Of a DNA stretch of 64,000 nt, positions 38,302 through 48,201 are shown in pieces. The notes beneath the pieces were generated by a model. It had not been told where the DNA came from. It searched no databases and saw nothing but the letters and a program-made list of their open reading frames with translations. The stretch's first letter is position 1; each line of letters starts with the position of its first letter. The translations under genes and the position numbers were made by a program. The stretch lies in the NCBI GenBank assembly GCA_039588255.1, contig JBDHAF010000014.1:469-64468 (forward strand). The letters are read 5' to 3'. Origin of the DNA: Gemmatimonadota bacterium. Lineage in GTDB: Bacteria > Gemmatimonadota > Gemmatimonadetes > Gemmatimonadales > GWC2-71-9.

Positions 38302-39893
38302 CGTTCGTCGTCGTCGTGGCGGACACCGTCGACGAGCAGGGCGTTGAATTGCTCCGGCGGGAACCGCACTTCACCGTGGTGTCCACGGTTGGTGAGCCGG
38401 AACGGCTCCCAGAGGAGTTGTCTCGCGCCCATGCGCTCTTGGTTCGGTCGTCGACCCAGGTGACTGGGGAGCTGCTGGCAGGAGCACCGCTCCTGCGCGT
38501 GGTGGGGCGCGCCGGGATCGGCGTGGACAATATCAACGTGCAGGTGGCGACGCGGCTTGGGATTGCCGTGATCAATGCCCCCGGCGCCAACACGGTGAGC
38601 GCGGCGGAGCACGCGTTTGCCCTGTTGCTGGCACTCGTCCGCCGGGTGCCCTGGGCGTGGGCGAGCATGCAGCGGGGGGAGTGGGACCGGAAACGCTTCG
38701 GCGGAACGGAGCTCCGGGGCAAGGTGTTGGGTCTCGTGGGTCTCGGTCGCATCGGGGCTCACGTCTCGGGAATTGCCCGGGCGTTCGGCATGGAGGTGCT
38801 CGCCTTCGATCCGGTGTTGTCGAGTGGCCGGGCAAAGCAACTCCAGGTTCAGCTCGTTGAACTGGACCCTCTGCTGGAGCAGGCCGACGTCGTTTCACTC
38901 CATGCGCCGATCACGGATCACACCCGCCACCTCATCAATCGTGAGCGTCTGTCGCTCATGAAACCGACTGCGGTCGTGATCAATACGGCCCGGGGCGGCT
39001 TGGTCGATCCCGACGCGCTGTGCGAAGCCCTCGAGAACGGCACGCTGGCCGGTGCCGCCCTCGACGTGTTCGAACCGGAGCCGCTGGCGGAGGATTCGCC
39101 GCTCCGAGCGTCTGACAAGATCATTCTCACCCCTCATCTGGCCGCGTCGACCCAAGAGGCCCAGACTCGGGTGGCGGTGGAAATCAGTCGATCGGTGCGG
39201 GATGCTCTGCGCACGGGAGACGTGGGTGCGGCGGTGAACGTCCCCGGGGTGGCGAGCGACGTGTTGGCCCGGTCGCGAGACGCCCTGGACCTTGCCAGGC
39301 GCATCGGCGGGGTGGCGGCGGTCCTGGGGCGCGGCCCGGTCCAGGCCGTGGAGGTCGACTACGGAGGTCGCGACGACGGCGCACCTAAGCCCGTGATGTT
39401 GGCGGCCCTCGAAGGCGTGCTGCGGTCCATCGGGGTCGACTCGGTGAGTCTCATCAACGCCGCGATGGTCGCAGAGGATCGTGAGATCTCCGTGCACCGG
39501 CGCATCGGAAAGCCCGAGGCCGGTTATGAGACGACGGTCGGGGTGACCGTGGAAACGCCGGACCGAAAGGCGTCCGTGGTGGGGGCGTTGGTCGGCGACA
39601 AGGCCCGCATAATCCGCATCGACGGCTACGCGGTGGACATCGCGCCGGCCGGCAACCTCCTCATCCTCAAGAACAAAGACGTCCCGGGCGTCATCGGACA
39701 GGTGGGCACGATGCTGGGGAGCGTCGACATCAACATCGGATTCTTCCACGAGTCGCGACTCGACGGTGCCGGAGCGGGGGCCTTGGCCGCGGTCGCCGTG
39801 GACCAACCACCGTCCCAGGCGCACATGGCGGAGCTGGAGGCGTTGCCGGAGGTTCTCGAGGTATCGTTGGTGAGGCTCGGTAACGGTGTCTAG
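38298..39893 (+). CDS. serA: D-3-phosphoglycerate dehydrogenase (long form with ASB/ACT domains)
   Basis: 531 aa. Contains GLVGLGRIGAHV (NAD binding), the catalytic region TPHLAASTQEA, and a C-terminal ACT-like region LILKNKDVPGVIGQVGTMLG. Confidence 0.92.
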   Translation: MTFVVVVADTVDEQGVELLRREPHFTVVSTVGEPERLPEELSRAHALLVRSSTQVTGELLAGAPLLRVVGRAGIGVDNINVQVATRLGIAVINAPGANTVSAAEHAFALLLALVRRVPWAWASMQRGEWDRKRFGGTELRGKVLGLVGLGRIGAHVSGIARAFGMEVLAFDPVLSSGRAKQLQVQLVELDPLLEQADVVSLHAPITDHTRHLINRERLSLMKPTAVVINTARGGLVDPDALCEALENGTLAGAALDVFEPEPLAEDSPLRASDKIILTPHLAASTQEAQTRVAVEISRSVRDALRTGDVGAAVNVPGVASDVLARSRDALDLARRIGGVAAVLGRGPVQAVEVDYGGRDDGAPKPVMLAALEGVLRSIGVDSVSLINAAMVAEDREISVHRRIGKPEAGYETTVGVTVETPDRKASVVGALVGDKARIIRIDGYAVDIAPAGNLLILKNKDVPGVIGQVGTMLGSVDINIGFFHESRLDGAGAGALAAVAVDQPPSQAHMAELEALPEVLEVSLVRLGNGV

Positions 39894-41968
39894 AGTTGGG
39901 CTGGAGCGCCGCCCCGACGAAGGCGAAACGAGCTCACGTCGGCGGTGAGGCGTTCGGCCACCGAAGCGAGCTGTGCTGCCGATCCGGCGATCTCTTCGGT
40001 TGACGCGGTTTGCTGCTCGGCGGACGCCGCAATCTCCTCTGCCGCGGCCAAGAACGACTCCGTGCGGCCCGAAATCTCCTTCAACTGCTTGGCGATGTCC
40101 TCGACGAGCTGTTTCGCCTGACCTGCAGCCTCCGAGGTCTCCTCGGTCCACTCCTGATTTCCACCGGCGGACTCGGCCACGTCTTCGAGGCCTTCGGCCG
40201 CCGCCTGGGCGATCTCCTGGACTGAGACGCTTCCGGCGGCGATGCCTTCGAATCGGGCGCGGGTGCGCTCGACGTTGGCCAGCACCTTGGCGACCGTTTC
40301 GGACGTCATGGTGGCGGCTCGGGCGGCCTGGGTTGCGAGCTTGCGCACTTCATCGGCGACCACGGCAAATCCCCTACCCTCGCCGCCGGTCGCCCCGGCG
40401 CGGGCCGCTTCGATGGACGCGTTGAGGGATAGCATATTCGTCTGCGTGGCGATGGCCTTGGCCTGGCCCACGAACGTTTGGATCTCTTGGGACATCTCCG
40501 ACAACACCTGGGCGTCTTCCAGCCCTTTGGCGATGTCGTCGGTCAACTTGGTGAGGTCTTCGCTGCTCTTGAGCAAGAGCCGCCGGTGGTACTTGGCGAC
40601 ATTCTGGAGTTCGGCGAGCCGCGAGGCGATTTCGAGGATCCGCGTCGAGTCGCCCGTCGCGTGTTGGATCATGCTCGTCTGGTCCGCCGCCTGGGCGGAG
40701 AGGTGCTGGCACGTCTTCGACATCTCGTGGGTGGAAGCGGACATCTGTTGTGTGCTGGCCGAGATCTCCTCGGCCATCGCCGCTGATTCATCCGCCGAAG
40801 AGTGAATCGCGCCGACCAACCCCGTGAGGGCGCGAACCATCTGGTTGACGGAGCTGACGAGGTCGTGGACCTCGTCATCGTGTCCCTCTTCGCTCACCGT
40901 TTCGATGGTGAGGTCTCCCTCGGCAATCCGCCGGGCGATGGCCCCGGCCGCCTGCACCGGCTTGGTGATGCGTGCGTCGAGCCAACTGGTGAGGGTGAGG
41001 AGCACGATGAGGGAGACAGCGACCATGACCCCGCCGGTGACATAGCCGGAGTTACGCACGGCCGCCACCGGGGCCCCGGCGGTGGCGGTGAGCTCCCGGG
41101 CGAGAACCCACCACGTGCCGTTCTCGGTGGGGACCGAAGCCACCAGCTCCTCGAACCCATCGGCGGCTCGTGCCTGGGCCACCTCGGGCTGTTCCGTCCG
41201 GGGGATGGCGTCGGCGTCCGACGTCAAGCCGAGGAGGAGCTCGGCATCCGGAGAGACGATCAACCGCCCCAGCGAATCGACGACCTCCACCCGCAGCGCC
41301 AGGTCCTCCCCCTCTCCGTTGAGGGACCTCGCCAACGGAGAGAGGTCGATGACCCCCTTGAGGACTCCAAGCGTCGCCCCGTCCTCCGGCCCGATGATGG
41401 CCACGGAGTACTCGAGGGCCACTACCGCTGCGGATTCGTCCAGCGCCGGATCGGCTTGGAACGAACCGTCGGTCAGGGCACGCTGCCACCACTCTTCATC
41501 GGACTGCACGAAGTCCGACGTCTGGTTGGTGACCTCGACGTTGAGCCCGTTGCGCTCGGTGAAGAAGATCTCCGCGAAGTCCGATTGGTCCCGGAATTGG
41601 ACGAGATAGTCGCCGACCGCCGGCGCCGTCCCGAGAGAGCGACTGGCCTCGAAGCGTCCCTCCAGCTCGTCCAGGGAGAACCGGACGAGGCCCCGTCGCT
41701 CCACGTCGTCTCCGGCGGCCCGGGCGGCGGCGGCGATCTCCGGCATCTGGGCGAGCAACTCGACGTCCGTGCGGCGTTCGTGCAGGTACTGGGTGACGAC
41801 GGTAGAGGCACGAAGGGCGTCGACGATGAGGCCGTCGGCGATCCCCCGCTCCATCTCGGCCGTGGTGTTCCGTGTCGTGAGCACGGTGATGAGGCCGATG
41901 ACCACGACGGCGACGGGTGCCCCGACCAGGAGGACGGTTCTACGGAGCTTCGAGGCGGATCCAGGCAT
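39890..41968 (-). CDS. methyl-accepting chemotaxis protein (periplasmic Cache-like sensor, HAMP, signalling domain)
   Basis: Contains the conserved hairpin IATQTNMLSLNASIEAARAGATGGEGRGFAVVADEVRKLA. Two TM segments flank a sensor domain of about 270 aa. The ATG at 41968 is preferred over the TTG at 41977. Confidence 0.9.
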   Translation of the reverse strand: MPGSASKLRRTVLLVGAPVAVVVIGLITVLTTRNTTAEMERGIADGLIVDALRASTVVTQYLHERRTDVELLAQMPEIAAAARAAGDDVERRGLVRFSLDELEGRFEASRSLGTAPAVGDYLVQFRDQSDFAEIFFTERNGLNVEVTNQTSDFVQSDEEWWQRALTDGSFQADPALDESAAVVALEYSVAIIGPEDGATLGVLKGVIDLSPLARSLNGEGEDLALRVEVVDSLGRLIVSPDAELLLGLTSDADAIPRTEQPEVAQARAADGFEELVASVPTENGTWWVLARELTATAGAPVAAVRNSGYVTGGVMVAVSLIVLLTLTSWLDARITKPVQAAGAIARRIAEGDLTIETVSEEGHDDEVHDLVSSVNQMVRALTGLVGAIHSSADESAAMAEEISASTQQMSASTHEMSKTCQHLSAQAADQTSMIQHATGDSTRILEIASRLAELQNVAKYHRRLLLKSSEDLTKLTDDIAKGLEDAQVLSEMSQEIQTFVGQAKAIATQTNMLSLNASIEAARAGATGGEGRGFAVVADEVRKLATQAARAATMTSETVAKVLANVERTRARFEGIAAGSVSVQEIAQAAAEGLEDVAESAGGNQEWTEETSEAAGQAKQLVEDIAKQLKEISGRTESFLAAAEEIAASAEQQTASTEEIAGSAAQLASVAERLTADVSSFRLRRGGAPAQL

Positions 41969-42027
41969 GAGCGGCAAACCTACGGAAGGCTGTCATAGGG
42001 AGCAAGCTGTTATAGATTATCGCGACC

Positions 42028-44469
42028 ATGAACGAACTTGTACAAGCACCAGGGGCGTACGACCCGAAGGCCGTCGAGGCCAAGTGGCGTGAGCGGTGGG
42101 AGGAGAGCCGCACCAACGCCACCGATCTCGATCACCCGGGTAAGCCATACTTCAACTTGATGATGTTCCCCTATCCGTCTGCAGAGGGGCTCCATGTGGG
42201 GAACGTGTTCGCGTTTGTCGGGGTGGATATTCACGGCCGCACCCGGCGGCTTCAGGGTTTCGACGTGTTCGAGCCTTTGGGCTTCGACGCCTTCGGGATC
42301 CACTCGGAGAATTATGCCCTGAAGGTCAACACCCACCCGGGACAGCTCATTCCCCAAAACATCAGGCGGTTTCGCGAGCAGCTGAAGCGGGTGGGATTGA
42401 TGATCGATTGGGACCACGAGCTCTCCACCACGGACCCGGCATACTACAAGTGGACGCAGTGGATTTTCCTGCAGTTGTTCAAGGCAGGTCTCGCGGTCAA
42501 GAAATCGGCGCCGGTCAATTGGTGCCCGGAGTGCAAGACCGTGTTGGCCAACGAGCAGGTGATCGACGGGTTTTGCGAGCGGCACCCTGACGTCAAGGTG
42601 CACCAGCGGTTTTTGGAGCAGTGGTTCTTCGCCATCACGAAGTATGCGGCTCGGCTTCTCGAGAACCTCGAAACGCTCGACTGGTCTGACTCCACGCGAC
42701 TCATGCAAACGAACTGGATCGGCGCGTCGAAGGGAGCCGATCTGGAGTTTCCCACGCCGACCGGTGATCCCATTCGGGTGTTCACCACGCGGCCCGACAC
42801 CGTGTTCGGTGCGACGTGGGTGGTGCTCGCACCGGAACATCCGATGGTCGAGTCCCTCACGGCGGCAGAGCAGCGGGCCGATGTCGAGGCGTACCGCCGT
42901 CAGACCGCGGAGATGGATATCGTCAGCCGCAAGGTGGGCGACAAAGAGAAGACGGGTGTGTTCACCGGATCCTACGCGCGGAACCCGGCCACCGGAGAAG
43001 ACATCCCGATTTGGGTGGCGGACTACGTACTGATGGAATACGGCACGGGCGCCATCATGGCGGTACCGGCGCACGACGAGCGCGATTTCGAATTCGCGAC
43101 GAAGTTCGACCTCCCCATCGTCAAAGTCGTCGAGCCGAACGAGCGGGGTCCTGACGGCGAACCCTTGGCGCTCCCCAACACCACCTGGGAGGGTACGCTG
43201 GTCAATAGCGGACAATTCGACGGGATGTCGGCCGGCGAAGCGGTCACCGCAATCACCGAGTGGCTCGAGAGCATCGGCGGCGGTGCCGCGAGGACGCAAT
43301 ACCGCTTGCACGATTGGTGCATCTCTCGCCAGCGGTATTGGGGCCCGCCGATCCCGATCATCTATTGCGACAAATGTGGCACCGTTCCGGTGCCGGAAGA
43401 GGACCTTCCGGTCGTGCTCCCGGAGACGGACGACTTTCGACCGGACGAGAGCGGGGTGTCTCCGCTGGCCAGGTTGGATTCGTGGTACCATGTGCCCTGC
43501 CCCAAGTGCGGTACGACGGCCAGGCGGGAAACCGACGTGTCCGATACATTCCTCGACTCGTCGTGGTACTTCCTGAGGTACCCGTCGACCGACTATTCGG
43601 ATCGGGCGTTCGATCCCGAGTTGACGAAAAAGTGGCTTCCGGTCTCGCAGTACATCGGCGGCAACGAGCACGCCGTGCTGCACTTGATGTATTCCCGGTT
43701 CATCACGATGGCGCTGCACGACCTGGAGCTGCTGCCGTTCGAGGAACCCTATCGGTCGTTCAAAGCGCACGGGACCATCGTCCGCGACGGCGCCAAGATG
43801 TCCAAGTCGCGGGGCAACGTGGTAATCCCTGACGAGTACATCGACCGGTGGGGGGCCGACACCTTCCGCATGTATCTCATGTTCCTCGGCCCGTACCAAG
43901 AGGGGGGTGACTTCCGGGATGAGGGTATTGCCGGTATCCGGCGTTTCCTCGACAAGGTCTGGACCGCCGTGAGCGCGGCGCCGGCGAACGCCGCGCCGTT
44001 GGCTCCCACGGTGCAGCGGAAGCTCCATCAGACCGTCGGCAAGGTGACCGACGACACCGAAGGCCTGCGCTACAACACCGCGATCTCGGCGCTCATGGAG
44101 TATCTCAACACGTTGAGGAGCGAGGGCGGCGCCTCGGCCGAAGCGCTGAATCCCCTGTTGATCATGCTCGCGCCCTTCGCCCCCCACATGGCGGAGGAGT
44201 GCTGGGAACGACTCGGACATGGGGAGAGCATCTTCGACGCCACCTGGCCGGCGTACGACGAGGCCCTGGCACGGGAAGACGAGATCGAGCTCGTGGTGCA
44301 GGTGAACGGACGGGTCCGGGGACGGGTCACTGCCACCCGGGACATCACCGAGGACGACGCTCGAGCGCTGGCGTTGGGGGACGAGACCGTCAAGAAGCAC
44401 GTCGACGGCAAGGAGATCAGGAAGGTGATCTTCGTGCCGGGGCGGCTGATCAACATCGTGGTCGGGTAA
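42028..44469 (+). CDS. leuS: leucine--tRNA ligase
   Basis: 813 aa. Has a HIGH-type motif (PYPSAEGLHVGN), KMSKS, and the editing domain. Confidence 0.97.
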   Translation: MNELVQAPGAYDPKAVEAKWRERWEESRTNATDLDHPGKPYFNLMMFPYPSAEGLHVGNVFAFVGVDIHGRTRRLQGFDVFEPLGFDAFGIHSENYALKVNTHPGQLIPQNIRRFREQLKRVGLMIDWDHELSTTDPAYYKWTQWIFLQLFKAGLAVKKSAPVNWCPECKTVLANEQVIDGFCERHPDVKVHQRFLEQWFFAITKYAARLLENLETLDWSDSTRLMQTNWIGASKGADLEFPTPTGDPIRVFTTRPDTVFGATWVVLAPEHPMVESLTAAEQRADVEAYRRQTAEMDIVSRKVGDKEKTGVFTGSYARNPATGEDIPIWVADYVLMEYGTGAIMAVPAHDERDFEFATKFDLPIVKVVEPNERGPDGEPLALPNTTWEGTLVNSGQFDGMSAGEAVTAITEWLESIGGGAARTQYRLHDWCISRQRYWGPPIPIIYCDKCGTVPVPEEDLPVVLPETDDFRPDESGVSPLARLDSWYHVPCPKCGTTARRETDVSDTFLDSSWYFLRYPSTDYSDRAFDPELTKKWLPVSQYIGGNEHAVLHLMYSRFITMALHDLELLPFEEPYRSFKAHGTIVRDGAKMSKSRGNVVIPDEYIDRWGADTFRMYLMFLGPYQEGGDFRDEGIAGIRRFLDKVWTAVSAAPANAAPLAPTVQRKLHQTVGKVTDDTEGLRYNTAISALMEYLNTLRSEGGASAEALNPLLIMLAPFAPHMAEECWERLGHGESIFDATWPAYDEALAREDEIELVVQVNGRVRGRVTATRDITEDDARALALGDETVKKHVDGKEIRKVIFVPGRLINIVVG

Positions 44470-44522
44470 CAGGCCGCTTCCACTGCGACCCACCGCGCCC
44501 TTCCGGCATCTATACTACCGAC

Positions 44523-45071
44523 ATGACGAACGCCGTGATCGCAGCGATCGACGACATCGCGATACAGCGAGCTAAAGCAGGTGATATCAACGCTTTAGAG
44601 CGTGTCTACCGGGCCTACGAGGGGACGGTCTACAGCCTCGCTCGGCGGATCTGCCGCTCGCCCGAGGACGCTGAAGACGCTCTGCAGGAGGCCTTCCTCG
44701 AGGTCTGCCGGAGCATCGGGCGGTTCCGGGGCTCGGGTCCCGGCAGCCTCACGGCGTGGATCAAGCGCATCGCGGCGAGCAAGGCGCTGATGAAGATCCG
44801 CCGGGAAAAGTACCGGGACACGGACGAGCTGTTTGAAGACTCGGCGCCGGCGTCGAACCCGGGGGATGAGGGCCTCCGGATGGATTTGGAGACGGTGATG
44901 CAGCGTTTATCGGATACGTCCCGAGCAGTCGTGTGGCTCCACGATGTCGAGGGATACACACACGAGGACATAGCTGAGCTGATGGGAAAGAGCGTGAGTT
45001 TTTCGAAATCCCAACTGTCGCGGGCCCACGCACGGCTTCGGAAGTGGCTTGGTGAGGAGGCGGTATGCTGA
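44523..45071 (+). CDS. ECF-type RNA polymerase sigma factor
   Basis: 182 aa from the internal ATG. Region 2 (DAEDALQEAFLEV) and region 4 (VVWLHDVEGYTHEDIAELMGKSVSFSKSQLSRAHARL) are present. Confidence 0.88.
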   Translation: MTNAVIAAIDDIAIQRAKAGDINALERVYRAYEGTVYSLARRICRSPEDAEDALQEAFLEVCRSIGRFRGSGPGSLTAWIKRIAASKALMKIRREKYRDTDELFEDSAPASNPGDEGLRMDLETVMQRLSDTSRAVVWLHDVEGYTHEDIAELMGKSVSFSKSQLSRAHARLRKWLGEEAVC

Positions 45072-45652
45072 TGCACTGCACAATGGAAGAGCTGTTGGCC
45101 ATCCGGGATGGCCAGGGCTCCCAGACGGCGTTGCGCCACCTGGACGAGTGTGACGAGTGCTGCCACGAACTCGAACTACTGCACCAGCGCGTGGCGGCGT
45201 TGAAGGCGCTCCCGAGCCTCAGCGCCCCCCGGGACCGTTGGTCCGTGGTGCGGGACGAGGTGCTGGCGGAGCGCGGGCGTTCGCGGCGACGGTTTGGCGG
45301 TTGGTTGACGGCGGCGGCGGCAGCTTCGGTGGCGCTGGCGATCGGGGTGGGCGGCATGGTGATGCCGGCGGCGCAGGAGCCCGATCCCCTCGCGGCGTTG
45401 GTATCGGAAGCCCAGGGGTTGGAGGACGCGCTGCGCAGCCTGCGTCCGGAGACACGGGTGATCAACGGACGGACGGCTGGGGCGGTGGCGGCGCTGGAAG
45501 ACCGATTGGTGTTGTTGGACGTGCGGTTTGAGGAGGCGCGCATACGACGGCTCCCGAGAGAGAGATTGGTCGTCCTGTGGCAAGAACGCATTGACTTGAT
45601 GGATGCCTTGGTAAACGTCCACGCGAGACCGGTCACGTTGATTGGATTTTGA
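45065..45652 (+). CDS. anti-sigma factor (zf-HC2 type), single-pass membrane protein
   Basis: HLDECDEC gives the H-x3-C-x2-C motif. It has one TM helix (WLTAAAAASVALAIGVGGMVM) and overlaps the sigma gene stop. Confidence 0.65.
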   Translation: MLMHCTMEELLAIRDGQGSQTALRHLDECDECCHELELLHQRVAALKALPSLSAPRDRWSVVRDEVLAERGRSRRRFGGWLTAAAAASVALAIGVGGMVMPAAQEPDPLAALVSEAQGLEDALRSLRPETRVINGRTAGAVAALEDRLVLLDVRFEEARIRRLPRERLVVLWQERIDLMDALVNVHARPVTLIGF

Positions 45653-45684
45653 CGGTCTGGAGTGGCAAGAGGAGCTGGATACAA

Positions 45685-46857
45685 ATGAGAAAATCGAGAT
45701 TTTTATTGACGGTCACTGCCCTGATGGTGGGATTCGGTGTGCTGCCGATGGCCGCTCAGGAGCAGGAGCAACGTCGTGAGCTGGAGCGCCGGCTGCAGGA
45801 GCTCCGGGATCAAATGCGAGAGGTTGAGAGCCAGCTTCGTGAAATGCGCGGTCCGGAGCGTTTCTGGGGCGGCGTCGTCACGTTTTCGAGCAACCGGGCC
45901 CAGCTCGGCGTGTTCGTCCAAACCGAGGCGGATCCTGAGACCGACGCCATCGGTGCGCTGCTCCAGTCCGTGACGGAAGGGGGCGCCGCGGAGGAGGCCG
46001 GGCTGCAGGATGGGGACATCATCATCTCGTTCGACGGTGAGCGGTTGGCGGGACGCTATCCGGCCGCCGATCCCGACGAGTCCGAGCCGGCAGCAAAGCT
46101 GATCGACCTCATCGGGGACAAAGAGCCCGGCGATGAGGTGACCCTCGAATATCAACGGGATGGCCAGACCCACAGCACGGTGGTGACCCTGGCCGAGCAG
46201 GACTCCTGGTTCCGGACCTACTCCGGTCCGGACTTCGAAATCGTCGGGCCCAGCCGGCCCAACTTAGTGCCGCCGCCGGACATACGGCTCTTTACCGACA
46301 CCGGTCGGCGCGGCCTTACCGTGTTTTCCATGTTCGGCGATCGCTGGGCTGACATCGAGTTGGTGAGCCTGAACGAGGAGCTGGGCCGCTACTTCGGAAC
46401 GACCGAGGGCCTCCTGGTGATCAATCCCCCGGAGAAGGAGGAGATCCCCCTTCAGGCCGGAGACGTGATTCTGAGCATCGACGGTCGGGAGCCTGGCACA
46501 CCCTCCAGGGCCCTGCGGATCATCCGGTCATACGAGGAGGGCGAGACCATCAACCTCCAGATCATGCGGGATCAGAGCCGAACCACGGTCTCGTACGTGG
46601 TGCCGGAGCGAGAAGACAACTGGTCCCGATTCGACGGCTGGGAGCGCCGAGAGCCGGAGTTGGAGGTGCCACACCTGGAGCTGGACGTCCCTGATCTGGA
46701 GCTGGAGCACCTCCTACTTCCCGGCGTCCCGCATCTGGAATTGGAGCATCTCGAGCTCCTGGACCCGCCCCATGTGGAGCTGCTCGCCCCGAACTTGGAG
46801 CTGACCGTGCCCCACCTGGAGCTGGTCCACCCCCGTCGGATCGGGCGGATCGACTAG
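45685..46857 (+). CDS. secreted protein with two PDZ-like domains and a C-terminal xxLEL repeat tail
   Basis: Signal peptide ...LPMAAQ. PDZ-type segments (GAAEEAGLQDGDIIISFDG; LQAGDVILSIDG). I recognise no protease catalytic motif. Confidence 0.7.
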   Translation: MRKSRFLLTVTALMVGFGVLPMAAQEQEQRRELERRLQELRDQMREVESQLREMRGPERFWGGVVTFSSNRAQLGVFVQTEADPETDAIGALLQSVTEGGAAEEAGLQDGDIIISFDGERLAGRYPAADPDESEPAAKLIDLIGDKEPGDEVTLEYQRDGQTHSTVVTLAEQDSWFRTYSGPDFEIVGPSRPNLVPPPDIRLFTDTGRRGLTVFSMFGDRWADIELVSLNEELGRYFGTTEGLLVINPPEKEEIPLQAGDVILSIDGREPGTPSRALRIIRSYEEGETINLQIMRDQSRTTVSYVVPEREDNWSRFDGWERREPELEVPHLELDVPDLELEHLLLPGVPHLELEHLELLDPPHVELLAPNLELTVPHLELVHPRRIGRID

Positions 46858-46880
46858 GAAGCCTACTTCTGGCCGTCGAA

Positions 46881-46912
46881 AAAGGGGTGACTGCGGGTCA
46901 CCCCTTTCTTGT
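46881..46912. terminator. intrinsic-terminator-like hairpin between convergent genes
   Basis: aaaggggtgac-tgcg-gtcaccccttt is a perfect 11-bp stem flanked by A-rich and T-rich tracts, so it could act in both directions. Confidence 0.55.
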
Positions 46913-46958
46913 GTGGTGGGCCCGGCATGGAAGCCGTCTTATCGATACCAAAACATAG

Positions 46959-48200
46959 TCAGGCGTGGTCAAGCTCACCGCGGAGCATCGTTATCCGCTC
47001 GATCGTCTGTTGGCCGATCGTCTTGACGATCGGCAATGAAGCGGTCTCTCCGCCCAACCCTGCAGAGACATCGGGCCACGCACGTTCGAGCCGGTGGGCC
47101 ATGCCTCGTGCCGTAGCGGCAACCGTGTTCATCTTGATCTCGAGGGCTTGTGCCATGCGCTCCCAGTGGCGCCGTTTGACGTAGGCATACCTCCGCTCGC
47201 CACCGATGGCCATCGCGGCCTTCCGGCTGAGCCCCTTGTACACCGCCGTGGACACGATATCGTAGAACGGCGCAAGTCGGAGCCCCGCGTCGATGTACAG
47301 CATCGCCAGGTTCTTCGCATGGGCATCCTCGTTGCCCATCAGGTAGTTGAACACCACCCACTGGAGCAACGCGTGGAGGTCGGCGACCGGGAGGGCGCTG
47401 TGCCGGCGTATGACCTCGGCGCACGTGGCCAGCCCCGGGCCGCCGTCCGCCTCGTACTTGTGCTGGGGCAGTGTGCCCGTCATTTGGCAGAAATCTTCTT
47501 GATGTAGTCGCTCCACATTGTCCGCCCCAGCCGTGCGATCGAACCGTTCTACGGCAAGCACCGGAATGCCCGCGTCAACGATCGCCGCGTCTGGAACCGG
47601 CAGCCGAACCGCCCGGGCAAGTCGCATGCAGTAGTACTCGTTCTCGACGAGGTGCGAAAAACCCAACCGGGTCCGTTTCAGAATGTGCGTGGTTGGTGCA
47701 CCGGCCACACCAAGGGCCCAGCCGTCATCCTGCGATCGCAGTGTCAGTTTGGGTTGCGCGCCAGCCAACGACAACCGGCCTTCCCGTTGGAGCGCGAGGA
47801 GTCCGTCTTCCGATGGTGCGGCGAACGCATCACGGAACTCTTCGGGGGTGAGGCGCCGGTATGCGGGCGGGGTGGGTGGCGCCGCGCCGGCGGGCCAGAT
47901 CGAAACGGCCCCGGCACACTCGCCGCCGATGGCCCCCAGGAGTCCCGCGGTGTTCTCGCGCGCTGTTCGGACGGCGGCGCCGGCGAGACGCCGGTATTCG
48001 TCTTCCGGGAGCAGGTTCTCAAAGAACGGTCGGGCCGTCTCGTCCGGATAGGGCGCTTCCTGTTTGGGGAGCCGGACGGAGATCGGGAGGAGTGATGCGT
48101 CGGGCAACGCGGCGGGGTCATACTGGAACGACAACCGCCCGCGGTCGCTGGTCAACACCCCGGCTCGCTGGTCAAAGAGATACACCTCGTAGACCGACAC
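46959..48200 (-). CDS. hipA: type II toxin HipA-family Ser/Thr kinase
   Basis: Contains the catalytic-loop motif GNEDAHAKNLAM. N-terminus VYEVYLFDQRAGVLT... with HipA coupling-domain layout. The GTG at 48200 (SD GGAG 8 nt upstream, 1 nt after the hipB stop) is preferred over the overlapping ATG at 48287. Confidence 0.88.
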   Translation of the reverse strand: MSVYEVYLFDQRAGVLTSDRGRLSFQYDPAALPDASLLPISVRLPKQEAPYPDETARPFFENLLPEDEYRRLAGAAVRTARENTAGLLGAIGGECAGAVSIWPAGAAPPTPPAYRRLTPEEFRDAFAAPSEDGLLALQREGRLSLAGAQPKLTLRSQDDGWALGVAGAPTTHILKRTRLGFSHLVENEYYCMRLARAVRLPVPDAAIVDAGIPVLAVERFDRTAGADNVERLHQEDFCQMTGTLPQHKYEADGGPGLATCAEVIRRHSALPVADLHALLQWVVFNYLMGNEDAHAKNLAMLYIDAGLRLAPFYDIVSTAVYKGLSRKAAMAIGGERRYAYVKRRHWERMAQALEIKMNTVAATARGMAHRLERAWPDVSAGLGGETASLPIVKTIGQQTIERITMLRGELDHA

Positions 48201-48201
48201 G

